From contig OY759599.1 of the NCBI GenBank assembly GCA_963662465.1, positions 5,536,001-5,600,000 on the forward strand: a stretch of DNA of 64,000 nt. Reading direction: 5' to 3'. The notes beneath the pieces were generated by a model. It had not been told where the DNA came from. It ran no database searches and saw nothing but the letters and a program-made list of their open reading frames with translations. Of the stretch, positions 30,701 to 41,200 are shown piece by piece. The DNA is from Desulfatiglandales bacterium. Lineage in GTDB: Bacteria > Desulfobacterota > DSM-4660 > Desulfatiglandales > Desulfatiglandaceae. Both the position numbers and the translations under genes were made by a program. Position 1 is the stretch's first letter, and each line of letters opens with the position of its first letter.

Positions 30701-32425
30701 AGCGAGTTTGAAGAGGCTGAAGGGACGCAGCATTTCTTGAATACCTACCAAAACTACCCTTTGCTCAAAGGAGTACAAACAAACCTTTACAAATGTTTTA
30801 TCACAAAGAACTGGGAAATATCATCATTTTCGGGGATAGTAGGAATATTTCATCAACCAGGATGTTTTGATGATCCAAAGGGTGGACATCTTCGCTCAGC
30901 ATTCGTCCAGCGATTGAACCTGCTTGCAAGGTTTAGAAATGAATTTCTCCTCTTCACAGCGATAAAACCAGAGCGTCTTTATTGTTTCACCATATCGTTT
31001 GGCCAAATTCAGGACAATGTTAATTTTAAAGTCATATCGAACCTATACCATCCAGTTACACTTGACAAGTCTTGGAGCCATGATGGTCAAGGTCCCATCC
31101 CTTTGGTAAAAACAGCAGAAGGGAAATGGATTCTTTCGGGACATAGGTCACGTATCATTGAAGTCGATGCAGGACTCCTTAGCTTGTTTTCAAAGCTTTA
31201 TGATTCAGCGAACTCATCATTTTTTGAGGCACGTCTTCCTGTGATACACTCTAGGGAGATATTATCTGTTCTAAAGAAATTTGCTGATGTGCCCCTACGT
31301 CTTCGTGATATACAAGGCAAGTATTTCTCTACAGTATGCTTTGATGAAACCTACGGTCAAAGAGATGGCACTATCAAGCGTGAAACTCGTTTTCCGAAAG
31401 ATCCTTCTGGATGGGTAGTTTCCGGTCCCCACTTCTATGTAGGAAACCCACTTTATAAAACGCCACGGGAAAAATGTCGTCTTAATACAGACTACGATGT
31501 GATCGATTTGACTCAAATTCCAGAAGAATACCTCCCTCGCACAAATTACATCCCAGGTTGTTCCCTTTCAGAATACGAACGTAGAATCCCCCGTTGGAAT
31601 GGTAAGTTAACTTCGGATGATTATCGGTTGGCATTCCGGGCTATGCTTGCTCCGACAGGCGAAAGAACTCTCATAAGTTGTTTAATACCTCCAAGAACGA
31701 CACATATTAACGGTGTTTATTCCTATCGGATGGAATCGAGGCTAGATTTGCTTACATTCGCAGCTCATGTATGTACTCTGCCATTCGATTTCTTCATCAA
31801 ATCTACTGGCAAGACGAATCTACACGAATTGCCCACATTGTTACCATTATTGCATACAGATTTTGATAAAATGCTATTTTCGCGTTTACTTCGCCTTAAC
31901 TGTCTCACTAAGCATTATGCAAGGTTATGGAACGAGCATTTTGACATTTCGTTTCAAGAAGACAGCTTCGCTAAAGAGGACCACCGGTTTCGTAGTTGGA
32001 AACATCTTACCCGAACTTGGCAAAGAACGTGTGCACTGAGAACCCCATGGGAACGCCGACAAGCTCTTGTAGAAATGGACGTTCTTTCCGCAATGGCACT
32101 TGGCATAACACTGCAAGAACTTAAGACGATATATAGGATTGAGTTTCGTGTAATGCGTCGCTACGAACACGACACTTATTACGATCAAAGAGGATTGATC
32201 GTCTTTACCTCAAACTCTAAAGGGCTTAATGGTATCGGACTCACTCGTAAGCAATTCGAGGAGATAAAATACATCGTTGCAGAAGAGAATCTTCCAAGTT
32301 GGGCTGTAGACCAAAATGGTATGACTTATTTACCCCCTTTTGACAATTGCGACCGTGAGAAGGATTACGAAATCGTTTGGCCAGAATTTGAGCGCCGCTT
32401 CAAAGAACAGGAAGGCAATTCATGA
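27746..32425 (+). pseudogene. Large N6-adenine DNA methyltransferase (Eco57I/DrmMI-like) split by one in-frame TGA
   Basis: SYYTPE and EPAMGSAAFL lie before the TGA at 30368-30370, GNPPW after it; both ORFs are in one frame (RP*KQMSLK). Confidence 0.88.
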
Positions 32426-32483
32426 AAAGACGATCAAATTTTCATATCCATTTCAAGTTTGTGGTAAGCTGCGTTGAATAAGG

Positions 32484-32747
32484 ATGTGCAAAAGCATGGG
32501 TTATAACAGTATGAATCAGTTGCACAAAAAAACGACGGAGCAAGAACGGAAGGAATTGGGGGACTTTGCTGCATCCGTTATTGTGCGTCGCGGCCTTGAA
32601 AACAGTCAGGTTGTGACGGACGACATTTTCGTTTGTGAACTTGTGGAGCTTGCGCTTCAGGGCGAGGCCTTCGACTGGCTTGAGCAGGAAGGAGAAGATT
32701 TTTACTCCATCAAAGACGGTGAGACGGCATCATGGGAAGACGCATAG
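32484..32747 (+). CDS. Putative antitoxin of a MazF/PemK pair
   Basis: Small acidic ORF ending AFDWLEQEGEDFYSIKDG, overlapping the start of a PemK-like remnant. Confidence 0.5.
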   Translation: MCKSMGYNSMNQLHKKTTEQERKELGDFAASVIVRRGLENSQVVTDDIFVCELVELALQGEAFDWLEQEGEDFYSIKDGETASWEDA

Positions 32748-33062
32748 CAAAGCGGGGCAGTGTTGTTATGGTAAGGTATCCTTTTACGGCCTTATCCGGC
32801 ACCAGAGTCCGGTCTGCCATCATCATTACCCCGGGCGAATTTCTGAAACGTAGGGTGCATACGAGGTTTCTGACGGACCCAGTTTTCGCGAGGGAATCAC
32901 TTGTTTTCAGGTTCATTTTGACCGCTAATGAGCTGGGCGAAAGGCGATTTCGGCATTTTTGAGCCAGTAAATGACCTCAAGCATCAGATTTGTCAGAAAC
33001 TGCGTATGCATCCGAAACGTATGGATAGGGAACTTGGACGGATAACATTACAAAAGCGATGA
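32732..33062 (+). pseudogene. MazF/PemK toxin remnant (MITE insertion plus internal deletion)
   Basis: KRGSVVMVRYPFTALSGTRVRSAIII is a PemK N-terminus; after MITE removal only MDRELGRITLQKR* follows. Confidence 0.7.
32853..33013. mobile_element. 161-bp MITE
   Basis: Imperfect 22-bp IRs GGGTGCATACGAGGTTTCTGAC / GTCAGAAACTGCGTATGCATCC; exact 8-bp TSD GAAACGTA at 32845-32852 and 33014-33021. Confidence 0.9.
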
Positions 33063-33073
33063 TGTTTGGTTTT

Positions 33074-33092
33074 GCATAATCGCTGGTTGGCA
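33074..33092 (+). other. Possible attI-like simple site at the head of the cassette array
   Basis: GCATAAT-N5-GTTGGCA; GTTGGCA nearly complements the first attC inverse core TGCTAAC. Confidence 0.35.
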
Positions 33093-33123
33093 TGAACGAA
33101 GGACTGGAAGGGAGCGGAGGAAA

Positions 33124-33558
33124 ATGGAATGGGTTTGGTCCTCACTTGCAGGCTTTGGCCTTGGGCTCGTAAGCTCACTTGTCGTCCTTGGGATCCAACG
33201 CGGGGCGGATGTGAGATCAGAACGTGAGTATGCGAGGAAGATCGCGCGAAGCCTTGTGTCTGAGATTGAGGAAGGGATTTCACGTGCAGATGGCTTGGTG
33301 CAGATGCTCCAAAATAACAAAGTCTCATTTTCGAGAATCTATACCGACCTTTGGAGGGCTACCAATCAAGAGCTTGCCTCGAAGCTGGAAGACCCGGAAG
33401 TGCTCGTCCTTCTGCATCGAATCTACTACAGATTCGACCTCGTGAACTTCAACTTTGAGCACGATCGCCCAGGTCCCGCTGCGGCCTTTGCAAAAGATTA
33501 TCTGGCTGAAATGAAGGCAAATCTTTCGAAACTCAAAGCCGTGATTGAGGGATGGTGA
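33124..33558 (+). CDS. Integron cassette ORF 1, hypothetical with N-terminal TM segment
   Basis: GGAGG RBS, hydrophobic N-terminus, followed by an attC. Confidence 0.75.
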   Translation: MEWVWSSLAGFGLGLVSSLVVLGIQRGADVRSEREYARKIARSLVSEIEEGISRADGLVQMLQNNKVSFSRIYTDLWRATNQELASKLEDPEVLVLLHRIYYRFDLVNFNFEHDRPGPAAAFAKDYLAEMKANLSKLKAVIEGW

Positions 33559-33588
33559 GACCATCCCATAGGCTGCCACGCACCGTCC

Positions 33589-33716
33589 TGCTAACCTGTC
33601 AGTTCAGGCGACACCCAGAGCCGGGCGTTTTTGAAATTTCGTTTTAAATTGAGAGTCATTATACATTTAATTAAGGTCAGTGGGAGCCCTGGCTGCTCCT
33701 GACCGAGGCGTTAGCC
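33589..33716 (+). other. attC site 1
   Basis: R'' TGCTAAC, L'' GTTCAGG, AT-rich loop, L' CCTGAC, R' GTTAGCC. Confidence 0.8.
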
Positions 33717-33735
33717 ACCTAGGGGGAGGCCCCCA

Positions 33736-34422
33736 ATGTCTTTGCTCAATGTCTTTTTCACGGCGTTTGGCGGTACGGCCGTTGCGTTGGTCGTTGTCGC
33801 ATATCTTGGGCGTAGTCTCATCAACCTTCAAGTGTCACGAGCCATCGAGAAGTACAAAGAAGAGCTTCAGCAAAAATCTGCAGTTCTCAAGGCTGAACTT
33901 TCGATCTACGCACATGAGCAAAGTATTGGTCTCTCGCGTTTGGATGGAGAGCGCTCTCAGGCAATCAAAGAGATCTATGCAGTTGCGAACAAATGGCAGG
34001 AAACCTTCCTTGAAATCACAAAACCAAATCAGCCAACGATGCTACCTGAGTTTCTACGGGAGCGCTACCGGCTCTTGGCTGAGGACCTCGTGACGGTAAG
34101 CGAAGAATTGTCAGTTCGCTGCAGAGACAATGCCATTTTCTTTCAGCCGGAAAGCTACAACATTATTGCTCGGTTTGGCAGAGGCGCGATGGAATTGAGC
34201 TGTTCGTTCTATGATAAGACCTTCGGTAAATTCGACATGTCCAAGGACCCGAAGTTCGAAGAACTCTCTAAATCGATTGAAAGGCAACGCACGGTTCTTT
34301 CCGATGCGCCCAAAGAGGATTTCGGAAAACTGCAGGCGTTGCTTTTGGACGAGTTTCGGAGGCTCATGAAAGCTATTCGACCAGAGACAACCATTCCATC
34401 GAGCGGACCACCTAAAAGCTAA
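33736..34422 (+). CDS. Integron cassette ORF 2, hypothetical membrane-anchored protein
   Basis: Begins 20 bp after the attC1 core with a GGAGG RBS; N-terminal TM segment then helical region. Confidence 0.78.
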   Translation: MSLLNVFFTAFGGTAVALVVVAYLGRSLINLQVSRAIEKYKEELQQKSAVLKAELSIYAHEQSIGLSRLDGERSQAIKEIYAVANKWQETFLEITKPNQPTMLPEFLRERYRLLAEDLVTVSEELSVRCRDNAIFFQPESYNIIARFGRGAMELSCSFYDKTFGKFDMSKDPKFEELSKSIERQRTVLSDAPKEDFGKLQALLLDEFRRLMKAIRPETTIPSSGPPKS

Positions 34423-34457
34423 CGGATTTAGACGTGCGATCATGACAAATGTTAGCT
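34385..34457 (+). other. attC site 2 (degenerate)
   Basis: AGACAAC-CATTC-CATCGAGCGGAC...GTGCGATCATG-ACAAAT-GTTAGCT. Confidence 0.65.
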
Positions 34458-34484
34458 GACCAGCATTGAAGAAAGAGAAGGCCT

Positions 34485-34901
34485 ATGACAACAATCAATA
34501 GCCAATATCCTCATGGAATGAAAGACAAAGAGATTGCCGAGGCAATTAAAGAATATTCTATAGAGATCCACAATTCAAAAGCAAATATCAATACTGTAAT
34601 GCAATTTTCTCCTTTAATACAGCTTGGGCAAATAGAATTACAAGGAAGGCAGACAAAACGAGTGACCACCCTTTCTATTGTCGTCAGCATTGTGTCGCTT
34701 TTGATTGCTGGATTAGCACTATATGTTTCGCTTTCTTCTTCAAGAGTAAGTTCTCAATGGGAAGAAAGTCAGATAAATTTATTAAGAGAACTAAAGATTG
34801 AAACAAGTAACATCTCTCAAAAACTGGAAGCCACCATAAAGGCCACAAAAAAAATATACAAACAAGAAAAGATTCTGCCAAGAGAATCATATCAATCATA
34901 G
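34485..34901 (+). CDS. Integron cassette ORF 3, AT-rich hypothetical with one TM segment
   Basis: Lies between attC2 and attC3; TM segment LSIVVSIVSLLIAGLALYVSL; lower GC than its neighbours. Confidence 0.75.
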   Translation: MTTINSQYPHGMKDKEIAEAIKEYSIEIHNSKANINTVMQFSPLIQLGQIELQGRQTKRVTTLSIVVSIVSLLIAGLALYVSLSSSRVSSQWEESQINLLRELKIETSNISQKLEATIKATKKIYKQEKILPRESYQS

Positions 34902-34926
34902 AGAAAATTGAGGATTCTGCATCTGC

Positions 34927-34986
34927 AGTTAAAAGGGCTAATTCAGTCGACGCAAAAAGCCGCGCGGCTGATTAGCGCCGTTGACT
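34927..34986 (+). other. attC site 3 (60 bp, mutated inverse core)
   Basis: AGTTAAA...GCTAATTCAGTCGACGC-AAAAAGCC-GCGCGGCTGATTAGC...GTTGACT hairpin with the typical extra-helical base. Confidence 0.75.
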
Positions 34987-35294
34987 TGCGAAGCAATGTC
35001 GTATAGTTTTGTGTATTCAAGTAGTTATATGTAGTACCCGGTATATTCCTCCCGGACCCTACGCAGGCATCCTGCCGTTGCGCTGACTTGCCCGCCAGTG
35101 CCTGCAACTGAGTTCGGAGCGAAAAATAGGCACTACTCAAATGGGCATGCATGTGCTTTAAGTGGAATTGGCCATGACAGGCGGGTGACGGGGTGCGAAG
35201 CCCCGCGGACAACGTACCGAATTGGGTTCAAATGGCGACATGAGAACCCATTCAGAATCCTCCCCGGTTAAGGGCTCGGGTCGGATAATATGGT

Positions 35295-35392
35295 GAAATT
35301 AATTGGCCAACAGGCTGTTGGCCAATTAACCGACCCGGACCAGGCTGATCTGATCGGGTAAATTACCGCTATTCACTGGGGTCACAACACCC
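35295..35392 (+). pseudogene. Fragment of a third yhcG/DUF1016 gene
   Basis: Translates LIGQQAVGQLTDPDQADLIG*ITAIHWGHN, matching the QQxVxxL linker and the IPWGHN motif of the gene at 35535. Confidence 0.7.
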
Positions 35393-35534
35393 AGGGGAAG
35401 ATGGAGACCGTGTATTCACTTGGTTTATTCTTAGAAAGTCAAAAGCCAAGTAAGGATTTTCCATAAGCTGGATGTCCGGTTTGCAGGGAGCTGAAGAAGA
35501 AACAAACGGGTGTGATTTTTGAAGAGGATTGGAA

Positions 35535-36719
35535 ATGAATTTTGATCTGGTTTTTTACAGCAGTCTCCTGGACGAGATCAAAGATCGAATCCGTCAGGCT
35601 CAGATAAAAGCGGCCTTCTCCGCTAATCTTGAAATGATACTGATGTACTGGGACATTGGAAGGATGATTCACCAACGGCAACAGATGGAAGGGTGGGGTG
35701 CCGGAATAATTCCCAGATTATCCAGGGATATTCGTAATGAACTTCCCGAGGTAAAGGGATTTTCTGAGCGGAATATCGGCTACATGGTTCGATTTTTTCG
35801 TGAGTATGGAGAGTCCCCAATTTTGCAACAGGCCGTTGCAAAATTGCCGGAATCATCCACCAAGGATGAAACATTTTTTCAGTCCGGGGAAAAGACCGCT
35901 CCAAAGGATAATCATCTAAAACTGCAACAGCACGTTGCAAAAATTCCCTGGGGACACAATATCTTGCTGATGGAGAAGGTCAAAGACCTTCCCATCCGCC
36001 TGTGGTACATACGGCAGACCATCGAACAAGGCTGGAGCCGGGACACGTTGGCAACAATGATCACAAAAAAGACTTATGAGCGGCACGGACAGTCTGTCAG
36101 CAATTTTTCAACCCGTCTTCCCTCTCCTCAGTCAGAGCTTGCAAGTCAGATGGTCAAGGATCCCTACCTTTTTGATTTTCTAACGCTTGAAGAACCTTTT
36201 CATGAGCGGGAGTTAGAGACGGGCCTGATCCGGCATCTGGAAAATTTTCTGCTGGAACTCGGGTCCGGATTTGCGTTTGTTGGGCGTCAGTATCATCTGG
36301 TAGTGAGTAACAAGGATTTTTATCTCGATCTTCTATTCTACCACCTTAAACTGCGCTGTTTTATCGTCATTGAACTGAAGAAAGGTGATTTTAAACCGGA
36401 GTACGCCGGCAAAATGAATTTTTATTGCTCGGTGGTGGACGATCAACTCAGGAATGACACTGATCTGTCCACCATCGGTCTGATTCTCTGCCAGACCAAG
36501 GATCGAATTCTGGCTGAATACGCGTTGCGCGACATTCACAAACCCATAGGCATTTCTGACTATGAGCTGACCCGTGCTTTGCCGGAAACTCTTAAGTCCA
36601 GTCTGCCGACAGTGGAAGAGATTGAGGCGGAATTGTCTCAAGAAGTCAGCGAATGGACGTCTTCAGAAAATGGGAATCATATAAAAAATACCGAAGGAGC
36701 TGATCCTAAAGCGGCATAG
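35535..36719 (+). CDS. YhcG/DUF1016 PD-(D/E)XK nuclease-domain protein
   Basis: YWDIGRMI, GFSERN, IPWGHN, KDPYLFDFL, FLLELGSGFAFVGRQ, DLLFYHLKLRCFIVIELK. Confidence 0.92.
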   Translation: MNFDLVFYSSLLDEIKDRIRQAQIKAAFSANLEMILMYWDIGRMIHQRQQMEGWGAGIIPRLSRDIRNELPEVKGFSERNIGYMVRFFREYGESPILQQAVAKLPESSTKDETFFQSGEKTAPKDNHLKLQQHVAKIPWGHNILLMEKVKDLPIRLWYIRQTIEQGWSRDTLATMITKKTYERHGQSVSNFSTRLPSPQSELASQMVKDPYLFDFLTLEEPFHERELETGLIRHLENFLLELGSGFAFVGRQYHLVVSNKDFYLDLLFYHLKLRCFIVIELKKGDFKPEYAGKMNFYCSVVDDQLRNDTDLSTIGLILCQTKDRILAEYALRDIHKPIGISDYELTRALPETLKSSLPTVEEIEAELSQEVSEWTSSENGNHIKNTEGADPKAA

Positions 36720-36835
36720 CCGCAGGTTTCAGTTGTCAGGGTGCAAGGGGCAGAATACGGGGTTCCTGCACCCTGCACCCTGGCAACTTTCTTGTTTTGT
36801 ATGTATTCGGGTCTCCCGGAATTTGAGGGCGTAAG

Positions 36836-38119
36836 ATGAAAGTCAAAAGGCTTGGGATTCATAATTTCAGACACTTCGTTGATCTGGAAATTGAATTTGA
36901 TGAACGACTGAATGTCTTTGTGGGTATCAATGGTGCGGGAAAGACCAGCATCCTTGATGTACTGGCGATAATGCTGTCCCGATTGATCGGAAGGATTCAA
37001 TCCTCGCAGGGGACCGGGCGTTTTTTTTCCGATGCGGATATCCATATGGGGGCATCAGAAACAGTCAATAATATTTCGATAACCTATAAAGGGATAAACG
37101 TTGATTGGAGTGTTACTAAAGCAAAACGAGGAAGACGAAAACAAACCATATCAAATCTAGGTCAAATCAAGAAAGTCGTGGAGATTGTTCAGCGTGAAAT
37201 TGAGAGAGATGATAAGACCAGCTTTCCCCTTGCTGTATATTATTCTGTAAATCGTGCTGTATTGGATATTCCATTACGTATTCGAACCCGGCATAAATTC
37301 GAGCAGCTTGACGCTTATAATCAGGCTTTGACGGGAGCCAGAAACGATTTCAGACTTTTTTTTGAGTGGTTCAGGGAACGTGAAGACCTTGAAAACCAAC
37401 TGAGACTAACGCCAGGCCAGGAGAACATTGAATATCGGGACCCTCAGTTGCAGGCTGTTCGCGATGCCATAGAAAGCATTGCCGGATTTTTGGATATCAG
37501 AATTTCTCGGAATCCATTGAGGATGGAGGTGAGTAAGGAAGAGAATGTATTGAATGTGGGGCAGTTGTCTGACGGCGAAAAATGTTCTCTGGCGCTTGCC
37601 GGTGATTTGGCGCGTCGTCTTGCAATCGCCAATCCGGGTATGGCTGAACCATTAAATGGAACAGGGGTTGTCCTGATCGATGAGATTGATCTGCATCTGC
37701 ATCCTGGATGGCAACAGGAGATTGTTCATAAGCTTCTGGGTACTTTTCCCAATTGCCAATTTATTGTCACAACCCACAGCCCTCAGATCCTCACCACCCT
37801 GCGCGCTGAAAACATCCGGATGCTTCTGCGGGATGAAAAAGGGGTCTGGCAGGCCGCCATTCCCAGTAGAAGTCCTCTGGCGCATGAGCCGGGTGATGTG
37901 TTGGCGTCGATCATGGATACCCACCCGAAACCGGAAATCGAGGGGGTGAGTCGTAAGCTGCGGGAATATGAAAGGCTTACGAGGGAAGGAAAAGCCAGGA
38001 CAGAGGAAGCTGAAAAGATAAAAAACGAACTTGAACAGAGAGGGTATCAATTTAACGAAGCGGATATCGCGCTGTTTAACTTCCTTTCCGAAAAAGCCAA
38101 AGGAGAGCGGCATGATTGA
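36836..38119 (+). CDS. ABC/AAA_21 ATPase (PtuA/Septu- or retron-effector-like)
   Basis: GINGAGKT, QLSDGEK, LIDEIDLHLHPGWQ, TTHSPQ. Confidence 0.88.
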   Translation: MKVKRLGIHNFRHFVDLEIEFDERLNVFVGINGAGKTSILDVLAIMLSRLIGRIQSSQGTGRFFSDADIHMGASETVNNISITYKGINVDWSVTKAKRGRRKQTISNLGQIKKVVEIVQREIERDDKTSFPLAVYYSVNRAVLDIPLRIRTRHKFEQLDAYNQALTGARNDFRLFFEWFREREDLENQLRLTPGQENIEYRDPQLQAVRDAIESIAGFLDIRISRNPLRMEVSKEENVLNVGQLSDGEKCSLALAGDLARRLAIANPGMAEPLNGTGVVLIDEIDLHLHPGWQQEIVHKLLGTFPNCQFIVTTHSPQILTTLRAENIRMLLRDEKGVWQAAIPSRSPLAHEPGDVLASIMDTHPKPEIEGVSRKLREYERLTREGKARTEEAEKIKNELEQRGYQFNEADIALFNFLSEKAKGERHD

Positions 38120-38267
38120 GCTAATGCACCAAACGGCGCCACCTTCATTGACCCGTTTTCAAAGCCGTAATCCAAATGGCTCATGGGGTGTTTTTCCCCC
38201 CGATGATGCAAATAAATTCATGCGGGACCAACTCTTTCGCCATGTTTTGGCGGAGCTGGCCGGTTAA
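38112..38267 (+). pseudogene. Truncated TIGR02646/PtuB-like HNH partner N-terminus
   Basis: MIELMHQTAPPSLTRFQSRNPNGSW overlaps the ATPase stop, as such partners do; no CxYCE/HNH motif follows. Confidence 0.55.
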
Positions 38268-38272
38268 CAAAA

Positions 38273-41200
38273 ATGATCCCATCCGTCCTGGCCCAACACG
38301 TTGAACAAGGTATTAAAGACTTCCTGCGCACCACCTTCCCGGTCACCACCCCTTTCTTTTTCAATATGCTGGAGAACTTTTTAAACGAACCCGGTAATGT
38401 CTTCAAAGGGCCGTATTTAGACATCCAACTCCCCTTTCAGCAAGACAAAGGCGGCGCAAACTATTTCCCGAACCTGCCCATGAAATTCCCTCCCTACCTC
38501 CACCAGATCAATGCCTTCGACCGGCTTTCCGGACTAACCCCGAAATCCACCATCATTGCCACGGGAACCGGTTCCGGAAAAACAGAGTGCTTCCTCTATC
38601 CTATTCTCGACCATTGTTACCAGCACAGGGGAGAACCCGGAATAAAGGCAATCCTCATCTACCCCATGAACGCCCTGGCCACGGACCAGGCGGGCAGGCT
38701 GGCAGAACTTATTTATAACAGCAAATTAAGGGGACGTGTCACAGCCGGTATTTATGTGGGTCAAAGGGAAAAAGAACCGCCCAAACTCATGAAGCCCGAT
38801 AAACTGATCTCAGACAAAGAAACCATGCGACTCTCCCCTCCGGATATCCTGCTGACCAACTACAAAATGCTCGATTATCTGCTGATCCGGCCCGATGATC
38901 GGCCCCTTTGGGACCACAACAACCCTGAAACCCTCCGATTCCTGGTTGTCGATGAACTCCATAACTTCGATGGAGCCCAAGGTTCCGATCTTGGCTGCCT
39001 GATTCGCCGCTTGAAGGCGAGACTTGCCTCACCGCCTGAACATCTTTGTTGTATCGGCACCTCCGCCACATTGGGAAGCGATGAGGAGCAAACGGAATTG
39101 CTCAGCTATGCATCAGCCGTGTTTGGCGACAAATTTCAAAAGGATTCGGTCATTTCCGAATTGCGGTTGAGTGCCGGCGAATTTCTGGGTGACAGCCTCA
39201 TATCCCATATTGATATTGTTCCTGAGAAAAAGGCGGCAGATCTCGATCCGGCGAATTCCAACGGATATGAGGAATATATCAAGGCGCAGTACAGGCTCTG
39301 GTTTGATGAAAAGATTAAGACCAATTTTGAAGATCCTGGCTGGCGGATTCAGCTTGGAGAGAAGCTCAAGGAACATCTTTTCTTTCAGAACCTGCTGAAG
39401 GTCTTGGGCGGCCGGATTTTCAGCTTTGATACCATATTTCTAAAACTTGAAAATATCACCAAAGGACTGAAAAGCAATAATGCCGCCTATAAAACAAATA
39501 TGCTGAACAGTTTGCTGGCCTTGGTCTCGGAAGCCCGCATTAAGGTCATCAGCAAAAAGGATAACGGCAAAGAAAGTGCCCATATCAGGCCTTTTTTAAA
39601 TGTAAGGCTCCAGATTTGGCTGCGTGAGCTGCGCCGCATGGTGGGTGAGGTATCCAAAGAGCCTCGGTTGCGGTTTGCCGATGACTTAAATGAGGAGCAG
39701 CTAAATACCCATCTGCCCCTGGTACATTGTCGGGAGTGCGGCAGCATGGGGTGGGCGGGGTTAAAGCTTGTCAGAAGCTCCGCCATTATGGGGGAATTAA
39801 AGAACTTCTATTACAGTTTTTTTAATCATGATCCCAAGGTGGTGTACCTGTTCCCGGAAGAGGAAGGGGTTCGGGATCAAGCCCAGAACGTGGGAATGTA
39901 TTATTTCTGCCCTCAGTGCCTGAATGTAACCACCAAACCGAACCCGGACCAATGCCCATCATGTGCCCATCCTGAATTGATTCTGGTTCATATGCCGGAC
40001 AGCAGAAGAAGACGCGGCGACCGGCAAATAAGCGTTAACGATTGCCCCTATTGCGACTCACAAAACAGCCTGACGCTTCTGGGGTCTCGGGCTGCAAGCC
40101 TGACCAGCGTCATGATCGTTCAGCTCTATTCTTCCACCTACAACAACGACAAAAAACTGCTGACATTTTCCGACAACGTTCAGGATGCCGCTCACCGGGC
40201 AGGGTTTTTCAATGGCCGAACCTTTCGGTTCAACTTCAGGACCGCATTGCAGAAAGTTGTTTCGTCGGTTGGTGATGGTTTGCAATTGTCAGCGCTTCAG
40301 CCTGTGTTTACCGATTACTGGCTCAAACAGTTCGATGAAAAAAAATACATTTCCACTTTTCTGGCTCCCAACATGGAATGGCTCCATGATTATGGGCATC
40401 TGAAAGAAACAGGTGTCTTACCCGGGGGCTCCACATTGCGCAAAGATGTGGATAGGCGCGTCGGATGGGAAATTATCAGTGAATACGGGTTTCGGGCCAG
40501 GATCGGCAGGACCCTGGAGAAGACCGGTTCTTCCGTTGCTTATGTTGATCCTGAGATTTTGGGCACGATGGTTCAGCGGTTGCTGGAGCCGATCCAAAAT
40601 GAGATCGGAGGGTTTGCGGCCCTTGATGAACGACGCCTTTCACGCTTCCTGCTGGGCTTCCTGGTCCATATCAAAAACCAGGGTGGCATATGGCAACCGG
40701 TCTTGAAATCTTACATTGAAGGGTTTGGGAATACCTATGTGCTGAACAAGACAAACTGGATGCCCAATTTCGGTCAATTTTCAAGGGCGCCAGCCTTTTT
40801 GACCACCCGAAGGGGAACCCGGTTTGATCAGTTGCACAGCGCTTCCACCACCCGCCGCACCTGGTATCTAAACTGGGCGGAAAAATGCTTTCTGGATCTC
40901 ACGCCCATGGTGGCAAATGCATCAAAGCCCCTGTACGAGCTGATATTGAAAATCCTGGTGGATGAAAAAGTCCTTGAAGAAAACCGGGTACGGGGCGATT
41001 GGGTGTGGGGGATTCGGCCGGAGGCCCTTCGCCTTTCCCCACGGGTTAAGCAGTTTCGTTGCGAAAGATGCGGCCATAACATATCGGTGGCTGAAGAGGA
41101 AAGCGCATATTTTGAAGACGCCCCCTGTCAGCGGTTTCATTGTTATGGAAAATACCGCCCCCAGGAAACCGGTGTTGATTATTATGGAAAGCTTTATGCC

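Noticed and set aside
35299..35329. Perfect palindrome as a terminator or standalone operator
   Set aside because: It reads in frame as a yhcG linker followed by the IHWGHN motif, so it belongs to a gene remnant.
36736..36783. CAGGGTGCA...TGCACCCTG inverted repeat as a fourth attC
   Set aside because: Lacks RYYYAAC/GTTRRRY ends; more likely a short REP-like hairpin or terminator.
36836..38267. ATPase plus HNH remnant as a retron system
   Set aside because: No reverse transcriptase or msr/msd recognised nearby; only a Septu-like pair can be supported.
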